From assembly GCA_963788195.1 (NCBI GenBank), contig CAWBGA010000017.1, positions 128,001-192,000 of the forward strand: 64,000 nucleotides of DNA, in the 5' to 3' direction. This DNA is from Nitrospirota bacterium. GTDB lineage: Bacteria; Nitrospirota; Nitrospiria; Nitrospirales; NS-4. This document shows positions 29,782 to 38,253 of the stretch, one piece after another. Each line of letters begins with the position of its first letter. The first letter of the stretch is position 1. Made by a program: the position numbers and the translations under genes. Under the pieces are notes generated by a model, which saw only the letters and a program-made list of their open reading frames with translations, did not search any database and was not told the origin of the DNA.

Positions 29782-30945
29782 TTACGCGGGCTCCATGTCT
29801 TGCTTGTTCATCTCGGACTTCAGAATAAACGATCCTTGGGTGACGATCTGATCACCTTCGGCGAGGCCCTTGAGGACCGGGACGTAGCTGCCGGAAGGTT
29901 CGCCGAGGGTCACCTCCCGCGGTTGGAAGTGAGTCGTATCCGTCTGGACAAACACGATGTCACGCCCCCGATCTTTCTGCACCGCCATGGTCGGGACGGC
30001 GAGCACATGATCCTCGGTCGTCATGAGGATCATCACCGTGGCAAACATCTCCGGCTTGAGACGACCGTCCGGATTGGGCACCTCGGTCCGTACCTTCACC
30101 GTTCTCGTGGCCGCCTCAATGACTTCGCCAATGTGCACGACCACTCCGTTAAAGATCTGGTCCGGGTACGGAGTAACCTGAATTTCAACCGGCAGTCCGA
30201 GTTGTACCTTGGGGATGTCCTTCTCGTGAACATCGGCCATGACCCAAAGGCGTCGCAGATCGGCCACCACGAATAACTTCGTGCGGGGATCGATGACTTC
30301 ACCTAGATTGATATGGCGTTCGATCACCGCGCCTTCGAGGGGAGAGCGGATTGACGCGCGCGAATTGATCTGATGCGTTCGCGCCAATTGTGCGATCTCC
30401 TGCTCAGTCATCCCGAGCAGCACCAGACGCTCTTTTGCGGCGCGATGATCCGCTCTTGCCGCGAGGGTATCGCCTTCCCGGCGCTGAAACTCACCGGTCC
30501 CGATGACCTTGGCCTCCAAAAGCTGCGCAGCCCGATCAAGCCCCTTTTCCGCGACTCCAAGATGCGCCTGGCTTTTCAGATACTCGGACTGAGCGAGCCC
30601 GAGCTCCGTACTATCCACTCGCGCCAACACCTGCCCAGGCCGCGCTCTGTCTCCAATATTGACCAGCACGTCCACCGCCCGTCCCGGAATCAGCGAGCTG
30701 ACGTCGACAAGGTGATTAGGGTCTGGCTTCACGACTCCCGACACACGCAAGGAGCGCTTGTACGGGCGAGCCTGCACTGGCTCTATTTGCAGACCGGCCG
30801 CTTGCAGTCCCGCTTCACTCAGCCGAATGATCGGCGTGCCCGTAGAAGCAGGCGCCGTGCTTTTGGGCGCCGGCTTCGCCTCGGGTTTACACGCGCCAGC
30901 GCCTAAAAGCCCGAAGAGTAGGAGTAGAAGTCCTAGCCCCTTCAT
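29782..30945 (-). CDS. RND efflux membrane fusion protein (CzcB-like)
   Basis: Lipoprotein-like signal (GAGAC), IRSPLEG, TRTVKVR...NPDGRLKPEMF, GLAEGDQIVTQGSFILKSE. Confidence 0.92.
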   Translation of the reverse strand: MKGLGLLLLLFGLLGAGACKPEAKPAPKSTAPASTGTPIIRLSEAGLQAAGLQIEPVQARPYKRSLRVSGVVKPDPNHLVDVSSLIPGRAVDVLVNIGDRARPGQVLARVDSTELGLAQSEYLKSQAHLGVAEKGLDRAAQLLEAKVIGTGEFQRREGDTLAARADHRAAKERLVLLGMTEQEIAQLARTHQINSRASIRSPLEGAVIERHINLGEVIDPRTKLFVVADLRRLWVMADVHEKDIPKVQLGLPVEIQVTPYPDQIFNGVVVHIGEVIEAATRTVKVRTEVPNPDGRLKPEMFATVMILMTTEDHVLAVPTMAVQKDRGRDIVFVQTDTTHFQPREVTLGEPSGSYVPVLKGLAEGDQIVTQGSFILKSEMNKQDMEPA

Positions 30946-32243
30946 GGCAGGAGATCCTGTCGGCCGGTGACCTGTTCAAGCTGGGCAAGCGCGGCGGAAA
31001 GGTCGAAAAGCGCGCCATAATATTCCTGCAAAGTCGCCCGGTGGACCCGCTGAGCATCGAGGAGATCAAGCAATCCCGATGCGCCCTGCCGGAAGCTGAT
31101 CTGCGCGATGCGAAGGGCCTCCTCGGACTGCTTGAGCAGGCCCCGCTCAAAGACTGCCAGCTGGTCCTGCGCAATGCGATAATTCTGATATTCCTGTGTG
31201 ATGGATCGGGTCAACTCAGTCCGTGCCCGTTCCAGTTCCGCTTCGGCGCGACGCCCTTCGGCAAGAGCAGTTGCAATCCACCCGGCCCGCCGATCCCAGA
31301 TAGGAAACGGCACCGACAGAACCACGCCGAGACCGTCCTTATCAATTTCGCGTATCATCATTCCTCCAAGACCGACATCGGGAACACGCGCCTGCCTTTC
31401 AAAATTTAGCTGATGCCGCCACCGCTCGACCTCTTGACGCTGACGATCAATGACCGGATGTCTCGCCAAGGCCCCGTCGATGAGAATCGGCAGATCCACC
31501 AGGGACTGCGGTCTCTCAAACTCACCAATCAGCGAAAACGAGTCGGGGAGGGTGTTGCCAAACAGCGCATTTAGGGAAGCACGCGATAGATTGACCTGAT
31601 TGCGGGCCCGGTTCACTTCCTTTTCAGCCTTGAGCAGCTCCACGTCCGCCTTGACCAGCTCGAAGGCGGCGCCCTCTCCGGTGCGCACCCTCACGTCTAC
31701 TGAGCGCCGAAGCTCCTTCACTGTATTCACGTTCCGTTCCGCTAATTCCGCCTGCTTGGACGTGAGGACGACCCGATAAAATGCGTCTTTTGTCGCTGCC
31801 CGAAGGAACAGGCGGAAGCCCTCGGCGTCAAAACGCGCCGTTTCAAGCTTTGCCCCGGCGGCTCGAATGCGTGCTTGCCGCTTCAGCGGCCACTCGAGCG
31901 GCTGCAGCACGGTGCCCTGGTACTCCGTCCCGGATGACAACGTCCCAACCTCCGGACCACGCGGCTCTCCGCGGCCAGCCTGAAACATCATCGTAGGGTT
32001 CGGGTAGACGCGCGCCGTGATGGTCTCTCCCTTGACCGATTCGATATTCGCGAGATACGCAGCCAACGACGGGTTGCGAGCCGATGCCAGCTCCAACATT
32101 TCAGACAAGGTGTAGCGCGCGACACCCGGATCGACCTGCGCCGCCATTTGGTTGACCTCGCCGAGTGCCGGGGGGCACAGACCGAAGCTCAGGATGAAGA
32201 GACCCAGAAATCGTCGATATACAAAACAACACCGGTGGTTCAT
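30942..32243 (-). CDS. TolC family outer membrane efflux protein (CzcC-like)
   Basis: GGGAGG RBS before MNHR; YPNP, PFPIWDR, FRQGASGLLDLLDAQR; first gene of the CBA triad. Confidence 0.9.
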   Translation of the reverse strand: MNHRCCFVYRRFLGLFILSFGLCPPALGEVNQMAAQVDPGVARYTLSEMLELASARNPSLAAYLANIESVKGETITARVYPNPTMMFQAGRGEPRGPEVGTLSSGTEYQGTVLQPLEWPLKRQARIRAAGAKLETARFDAEGFRLFLRAATKDAFYRVVLTSKQAELAERNVNTVKELRRSVDVRVRTGEGAAFELVKADVELLKAEKEVNRARNQVNLSRASLNALFGNTLPDSFSLIGEFERPQSLVDLPILIDGALARHPVIDRQRQEVERWRHQLNFERQARVPDVGLGGMMIREIDKDGLGVVLSVPFPIWDRRAGWIATALAEGRRAEAELERARTELTRSITQEYQNYRIAQDQLAVFERGLLKQSEEALRIAQISFRQGASGLLDLLDAQRVHRATLQEYYGALFDLSAALAQLEQVTGRQDLLP

Positions 32244-32346
32244 TACTCTTAACCTCCCAACAAAGAGACGCAGCCTTCCACCTGCGACTTCCTGATGATA
32301 TGAGCAACCCCTAAACAAGGAAGTCACCCTCGGCGACCGCTAAATT

Positions 32347-32577
32347 TTATGCAGGAGGATGAAACGAGAGGTCAGGAAGGTGCAGCGATTGCAGCAGCGA
32401 ACTACCAGGCCGCGAGGTACATTGAACGACCGAAGCCCCAAGCGCAGGGAACTCCCCCATAGCCGCTTCCTCAAGACCAAGCCCCTGCCCATCGAGTGAA
32501 GACAGACCTCCTGCAAGGAATGACATCACAGAGACGACGAGCATAAAGGCCAGGCACATCCAAGACATTTGGTGCAT
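32347..32577 (-). CDS. Possible small leader protein upstream of czcCBA-like operon, ending FHPPA
   Basis: N-terminal hydrophobic stretch and C-terminal LPDLSFHPPA*, about 100 bp before the czcC-like start; start codon uncertain. Confidence 0.45.
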   Translation of the reverse strand: MHQMSWMCLAFMLVVSVMSFLAGGLSSLDGQGLGLEEAAMGEFPALGASVVQCTSRPGSSLLQSLHLPDLSFHPPA

Positions 32578-32704
32578 TCGGCAACTCAAGACATACTGAG
32601 TATAGGTGGTGCAACCGTTCATTTTCAAGGCCACGAGCGTGTACTTCGCATCCTGCCCGCTTGGACAAAAATAGAACCTCGGCACATTTCGGTATTTCGG
32701 ACTG

Positions 32705-32875
32705 ATGCCCTCGCCCGAGCAGATTCCCTTTCCCTTTCCACCCGCCCGCCCTGGAATCTGCCAAGACAGATTTCTTTTTCCCGTTGCACCCACCCTTCCC
32801 CGGACGCCATTGCACCCAACGCTACACCCGCCTTCCCCGGACGCGTTGGGACGCGTCCTTTTCCCGTGGCCCACG
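32705..32875 (-). repeat. Modular hairpin repeat cluster 6
   Basis: Minus-strand hairpins ggacgcg-TCCCAA-cgcgtcc (32839-32858) and gaaatctg-TCTTGG-cagattcc (32753-32774) with GCCACGGGAAAA / GGGTGCAATGG flanks. Confidence 0.88.
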
Positions 32876-32888
32876 CGGACGATAGATC

Positions 32889-33881
32889 TTAGCGAAAGGC
32901 TTGCAGCAGCAGATTCACAGCGTAGGCGACAAGGCCGGCACCAGGAAGAGTAAAAATCCATGCGTACAGAATCCGCAGGGTGACTCCCCATCGCACCGCA
33001 GAGAGCCGCGTCACCGCGCCTACACCCATAATGGAGGAGGTGATGACATGCGTAGTGCTGACAGGCAGACCAAAATGCGCGGTTCCGAGGAGAATTAAGG
33101 CAGCGCTGGTTTCTGCCGCAAAACCGTGCACCGGCTCCATCTTCATGATCCGCATGCCAAGGGTGCGAATAATGCGCCAGCCGCCGGCCGCTGTCCCCAA
33201 ACCCATAGCAAGGGCACACGAGAGGATGACCCATGTGGGAACTACCACGTGGTCGAGCTGCCCAGCCGAAACCAAAGCGAGGGTGATGATGCCCATGGCC
33301 TTTTGCGCGTCGTTCGAGCCGTGGCTGAACGCCATCAGGCTCGACGACAACAATTGGAGTCGCCGGAATGATCGATTGGCAAGGCCGCGAGGCACGCGAA
33401 AGAATACCCAATAGATTGCGAGAATAAAAAGGTATCCGAGTAAGAAACCCATGAGCGGCGACAATAAGAGCGCTTCCAAGACTGTCCGAAGTCCCGAAAA
33501 CTTGACCGCGGTCCAGCCGCTTTGCGCCATGGCGGCGCCGATGATGCCGCCGATGAGCGCATGAGAGGAACTACTCGGGAGACCCAGCATCAGCGTAAAG
33601 AGGTTCCACGCGATGGCGCCTAAAAGCGCAGAAATCACCGTTAACTGATTAATCAATGATGGCTCGACGATTCCTCCTCCGATCATCTTTGCTACGGCGG
33701 TCGACATAAAAGCCCCCGCTACATTCAACACGGCAGCCAACGTTACTGCCTGACCCGGTGAGAGGACGTGAGTCGATACAACCGTGGCAATGGCGTTAGC
33801 GCTGTCGTGCCACCCGTTCGAGAAATCGAACAGGAGCGCGAAGACCACCACCAGGACTAGGATCAGAGTCGGATCAAACAT
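32889..33881 (-). CDS. pit: PiT family inorganic phosphate transporter
   Basis: NGWHDSANAIAT, GLPSSSSHALIGG, HGSNDAQKAMG, GLPVSTTH. Confidence 0.94.
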   Translation of the reverse strand: MFDPTLILVLVVVFALLFDFSNGWHDSANAIATVVSTHVLSPGQAVTLAAVLNVAGAFMSTAVAKMIGGGIVEPSLINQLTVISALLGAIAWNLFTLMLGLPSSSSHALIGGIIGAAMAQSGWTAVKFSGLRTVLEALLLSPLMGFLLGYLFILAIYWVFFRVPRGLANRSFRRLQLLSSSLMAFSHGSNDAQKAMGIITLALVSAGQLDHVVVPTWVILSCALAMGLGTAAGGWRIIRTLGMRIMKMEPVHGFAAETSAALILLGTAHFGLPVSTTHVITSSIMGVGAVTRLSAVRWGVTLRILYAWIFTLPGAGLVAYAVNLLLQAFR

Positions 33882-33926
33882 CCTCTGCGGAGAGACTATG
33901 AGACAGATGGGAAAAGGAGAAGGGAA

Positions 33927-34547
33927 TCACACATGCTTCAGGAGGATGCGCTCCAGCACATTCGCCACATCCTCGCACCGGTCGGTGGTTTCTTCCAGGC
34001 TCTCATAGATTTCCTTCCATTTGAGCACCGTGACGGCATCCCGTTCGCTTTCGAACAGCCTGGCAATCGCATCGCGAGTGATGCGGTCCGCTTCATTCTC
34101 GAGGCTGTTCACCATCACGAAGGTCGCGCTCAGATCTGTCGCTTTCCCAAGTTGGGCGATTCCCCGTCCCAGCTCATCCGACGCCCGGTAAATGATGTCT
34201 GCGAGGCTGATGGTTTCCTGAGTCGGCTTTTCTATTTTGAACACCACCATCTGATCAGCCGTAGCTTCGACGAAGTCGAGCACATCGTCGATGCAACTCG
34301 CCAAGGCATAGATGTCCTCACGATCGATCGGCGTGATGAACGTCTGGTTCAGGCTTCGAAAAATAGTGTGGGTGATGGCATCTCCCGCGGATTCGACGCG
34401 TTTGATCTCTCGAGCCTTCTGCTCCGTATCGCTGTAGGTTTCCATCATCTCTTTCAACAGGCGGCTACCCACAACCATGTTCTGCGCTGCTTCATTAAAC
34501 ATGTCGAAGAAAGCCAGCGTGCGGGGGAACAGACTGAAGCTAAACAT
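33927..34547 (-). CDS. DUF47 / PhoU-like phosphate transport regulator
   Basis: TFITPIDREDIYALA...DDVLD, LENEAD, KWKEIYE.LE..TDRCEDVAN; upstream of pit. Confidence 0.9.
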   Translation of the reverse strand: MFSFSLFPRTLAFFDMFNEAAQNMVVGSRLLKEMMETYSDTEQKAREIKRVESAGDAITHTIFRSLNQTFITPIDREDIYALASCIDDVLDFVEATADQMVVFKIEKPTQETISLADIIYRASDELGRGIAQLGKATDLSATFVMVNSLENEADRITRDAIARLFESERDAVTVLKWKEIYESLEETTDRCEDVANVLERILLKHV

Positions 34548-34664
34548 ACAGCGCGACCCCTGATGAATTTTACGAGTGTACCGGTCCCATTGCGACAAAT
34601 CAATCATAGGTCCCCGCAACACATCTTTGGTTGACGGACCACGGTTGCGTAGGTAAAATGCTGC

Positions 34665-35744
34665 ATGAGCTTGAACAAGGACCACATCCAGCGTGTGGTC
34701 GCAAAAGCCGTGTTTTCTCCCAGCGGGGACAATTCCCAACCCTGGACCTTTGTGTGGGATGGGACGACGTTGAAAGTGATTCATCACGAGTCCCGGGCGT
34801 CACACCCATTAAACCCGGCCGGGGTTGCCTCCATGATCTCATTCGGATGTGTATTGGAAGCCATCGCCATTGCCGCATCTGAATTTCATTGCAGTACTGC
34901 TTTCACGCTGGAAGATTTTTCGGCGGGTGATTCCGCCTGGGCTCGGGTTACGTTCGGCCCTTCGACGTGTGCTCGGGATCCCCTATCGGATGTCATCTCT
35001 CAGAGAACGACGGACCGCCGTTTCTTTAGAAAAGGGGACATGCCCGTCGCGGCTCTGGAATCAATTGCAGCCAATGAACGTAACTACGCCCCCGCGCGAA
35101 TCCATTGGACCTCGGCATTGGAAGGCGAACTGACAGATTACATCGTCGACGCTGAGAAGATCATGATGACTCACCCGGACATAATGCCCGCGGTGTTTAA
35201 ATGGGTTCGCTTCACTCAGAAACAGGCGCGTCTGACGCGAGATGGCCTGAGTTGGCGGAATATGGGCCTGAAGCTCTGGGAACTTCCCTCAATGGCGTTA
35301 ATTCGTGAGTTTCCGGGCATTTTGAAATTCCTGAGACCTGTCACTGTTCCAGGGCATGCCGCTCGGGTGCGCAAGCAACTGCAATCATCTGCTGGCGTGG
35401 TGCTGATTTCGATTCCTGCTGCCAAAGGCAATTTCAAAGATGTCGTGCAGGCCGGACGTTTGATGATGAGAACCTGGCTCTCGTTAACGCAACTGAACTA
35501 CGGGGTTCAGCCGCTCACGTTGTGCTCACATCCGATTTATTGGGCTCGCCAACAGTTACTGGACGCCGAGTTTAAAAAGATCGCGCATATTTATGAGGCC
35601 GGTCACAAACTACTGCAAAAAGTTTTTTCCCTGCCACAGGACCGCATTCCCATCTGGATGATACGGACCGGCCTCAGCACTCCCCTTCCGGAAAACATGC
35701 GAACATTTCGGCGGCCCGTCGAGCACACCCTGAAGTATCTCTAA
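34665..35744 (+). CDS. Nitroreductase-superfamily FMN protein (Acg-like / OxzB C-domain-like)
   Basis: SPSGDNSQPWTF, RTTDRR, AGRLMMRTWLSLT...GVQPL, IRTG...RRP. Confidence 0.8.
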   Translation: MSLNKDHIQRVVAKAVFSPSGDNSQPWTFVWDGTTLKVIHHESRASHPLNPAGVASMISFGCVLEAIAIAASEFHCSTAFTLEDFSAGDSAWARVTFGPSTCARDPLSDVISQRTTDRRFFRKGDMPVAALESIAANERNYAPARIHWTSALEGELTDYIVDAEKIMMTHPDIMPAVFKWVRFTQKQARLTRDGLSWRNMGLKLWELPSMALIREFPGILKFLRPVTVPGHAARVRKQLQSSAGVVLISIPAAKGNFKDVVQAGRLMMRTWLSLTQLNYGVQPLTLCSHPIYWARQQLLDAEFKKIAHIYEAGHKLLQKVFSLPQDRIPIWMIRTGLSTPLPENMRTFRRPVEHTLKYL

Positions 35745-35763
35745 CCGCTGGCAGAGACAGGCC

Positions 35764-37794
35764 TCAGTACTCAACCGTCACCCCTCCCAGAATCAGCAAT
35801 GGTGCGCCGAGCGTCTTGATCGCACCGGTTTGTGTCGCGATGTAGCGCTTCCCGGCCAGGTTCTCAACATCGAGAAAGAGCCGCACGGCCTTTCCGATCT
35901 GTTTTTTGAACGAGGCGTCCACCACGACGAAATCAGCAATCGGTTGCGTGTTCAGATCATCGGCGAACTGGCGCGACAGATAGCGCGCAAGAAGCGTTGC
36001 CTCGCCCCAGCGAGGAGCCGCAACGGTCACGCCAGCTACGACTTGATGCCGAGAAACCATCGGCACCTGTCGCCCCTCGCGAGTCTTGTCGGCCGGGAAG
36101 CTTGTGATGACCGCATCCGTGTAAGCATACCCAACATTCAATGAGACATACTTCGTGGTCTGGAACTTGAGGTCCGCCTCTCCCCCTGTGGAGCGCACAC
36201 GGCCGACATTTTCACGTCGCGCGGCAGAAGCTCCCTGGGAAATGAATACGATTTGATCCTTCACTTCGTCATAATGACCGCTGAATCGCAGGCGGATCCG
36301 GCGTTGGGCGAGCTCGGTTTCAATTTTGGCGTCGCCGCCGGTCAGACGTTCGGGATTCAAGTTTTCATTTGCCAGAAACCTGAATCCTGAAAACACAAAC
36401 CCCCGATATAATTCGTTCAACGTGGGGGCACGAAACGCCTGATAGACCGAGGCGCCCGTTCTTAGAATCGGGCTCCACTGGTATAGCAACGCAAGCTTGG
36501 GGCTCACCACACTGGCCCCGCGATCGCGGGGCGTTGTTTCATCCCCCGTTTGAGCCACGACGTGGCCGTCGAAGTTTTTCCACCAATCCCAGCGGAAGCT
36601 GGAAACCACGCTGAGGCGGTCTGTCGGGCGCGCCATCCATTCGCCGAACAGGCCGGCGCCTACTTGTTTGCCTCGGGCCAAGGTGTGGGTAATTGGCCCG
36701 TTCCCCGTCGGGAAGATTTGCTCTTCCGACTGTCCAATGATCGCCCGCGCATCCGTGCCGATGACCAGACGATTGCGAGAATCAAGCGGCAGCGTCACTT
36801 GACCAACGCCCCCGAAATCGTCATGGGGAATGACCTGGATTGTGTCCCGGACTTCGCCGAGCCGTAGAGTCGGTGTCGGCAGGATTCGTGACGTCAAGTT
36901 CCGAAATGTCTCCCATTGCGCGAAGAGTTTCGTTTCCCAGCGACCCTCCCCACCGACCTCTCCTTCCAAGCCGGCAGCCACACTTCCTATTGTGCGGCTA
37001 GCAAGGCTCAACGGTGTGCCGAATGTCCGGTCCTCTCGAAAGAGGCCCCCGGAGACCGTCAGTTTGGTGCTGGAGTTGAGATTCACGGCAACCGCGCCGT
37101 TGAAATTTTCATGCCGCGAGTCGTCCGTTCGGTCCACCGGACCCCGCTGATAGGATGGGACGGTAATGAATCCATTCGAATGATACCAGCGATAGCCGAG
37201 CTTTAATTCCAGCCGGTCTGTGCCATACCGCGTCGAGAGAGATTGCCGATAGGTATCGAGATTCCCCGCCGCGCTTTCGACACGAATGCCGGGTCCGATG
37301 CGCGGCTGTTCTGTCAGGATCTGCACCACGCCGCCCATCGCCCAGGTGCCGTATAGACTCGAACCCCCTCCGGGGACCACCTCTACGCGCGCTATCGAAT
37401 CCGGCACTCTCCCCCAGTTGATCCAGCCGCCGAACCCGTCATTTAAGGGAACTCCATCCAAGAGCACCAGAGCCCGGCGGGTGCCCAATCCCTGCAGACT
37501 GAGAAACTGAGCAGTGGGATGGTTATAGCGGCTCGACAGATTGCTGGGCTGAACTCCCGGCACATAGCGGAGCAGATCATCTACTTGATCTCCGCCCCTG
37601 AACGGAGTTGTGAGAATCTCTTCGCGCGTCAAGGTCGTCGTAGGCGCCGCCAGTTGACTGGCGCCTTGGGGTACCCGCGTGGCCGTCACGACCACCTCTT
37701 CCAAAAGCTCTTCGGAAGCCTCTACGTCCGCTGGAAGTCCGCCGTTAATTCCAAGCCAGAAGCAAAGAAACGCGAGGCGACAACGGACGTTCAT
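35764..37794 (-). CDS. TonB-dependent receptor
   Basis: LEEVVVTATR, plug LVLLDGVPLND...RVEVVPGGGSSLYG..AMGGVV, FRAPTLNELY, NENLNPE. Confidence 0.92.
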   Translation of the reverse strand: MNVRCRLAFLCFWLGINGGLPADVEASEELLEEVVVTATRVPQGASQLAAPTTTLTREEILTTPFRGGDQVDDLLRYVPGVQPSNLSSRYNHPTAQFLSLQGLGTRRALVLLDGVPLNDGFGGWINWGRVPDSIARVEVVPGGGSSLYGTWAMGGVVQILTEQPRIGPGIRVESAAGNLDTYRQSLSTRYGTDRLELKLGYRWYHSNGFITVPSYQRGPVDRTDDSRHENFNGAVAVNLNSSTKLTVSGGLFREDRTFGTPLSLASRTIGSVAAGLEGEVGGEGRWETKLFAQWETFRNLTSRILPTPTLRLGEVRDTIQVIPHDDFGGVGQVTLPLDSRNRLVIGTDARAIIGQSEEQIFPTGNGPITHTLARGKQVGAGLFGEWMARPTDRLSVVSSFRWDWWKNFDGHVVAQTGDETTPRDRGASVVSPKLALLYQWSPILRTGASVYQAFRAPTLNELYRGFVFSGFRFLANENLNPERLTGGDAKIETELAQRRIRLRFSGHYDEVKDQIVFISQGASAARRENVGRVRSTGGEADLKFQTTKYVSLNVGYAYTDAVITSFPADKTREGRQVPMVSRHQVVAGVTVAAPRWGEATLLARYLSRQFADDLNTQPIADFVVVDASFKKQIGKAVRLFLDVENLAGKRYIATQTGAIKTLGAPLLILGGVTVEY

Positions 37795-37869
37795 TTACTC
37801 AAAGCCTCTACGCTCATGAAGCTATTCGATGAAGGACGGAGCGCGGCGACTCAGACGTAGGGTCTGCCG

Positions 37870-38253
37870 TCACCTATGCTGTCGTAAGGCCTGAAGATAA
37901 AGAATGATGTGTTCCAGTTCCTGATCGCTGATGTCGTCCTTTGAAAACGAAGGCATGGCGCCCAAACCGTGCCGCACCTGAAACTTCATTAAAAATGCGG
38001 GGAGAGGCTTATTATTGAGCGCCGGTGCTAAACCCGCCTCGCCGCGGGGATGACATTGATCACAGTTTTTCATGAACAACTTCCTCCCCTCCGTCAGATG
38101 TCCCGCGGCGACGGGCATGGGCCCTGCGATCGGCTCAGTCCGCCGCGCCGACCCGCACCCGGAGAGCAGGAGAATACCGAGCAAGAGGGTCATCAGCACC
38201 GCCACGGGAACGGTTACTTGGATGGCAGGCCCGTGTCTTTTGTAATACGCCAC
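37870..38253 (-). CDS. Monohaem c-type cytochrome lipoprotein (start uncertain)
   Basis: LLLSGC lipobox, CDQCH haem motif, GAMPSF axial Met. Confidence 0.85.
   Translation of the reverse strand: MAYYKRHGPAIQVTVPVAVLMTLLLGILLLSGCGSARRTEPIAGPMPVAAGHLTEGRKLFMKNCDQCHPRGEAGLAPALNNKPLPAFLMKFQVRHGLGAMPSFSKDDISDQELEHIILYLQALRQHR

Noticed and set aside
11295..32875. Repeat hairpins as intrinsic terminators or integron attC sites
   Set aside because: Most lack a proper poly-T tail (at most about four T on one strand), they occur in stacked clusters in both orientations, GTTRRRY/RYYYAAC ends are absent, and no integrase is in the window.
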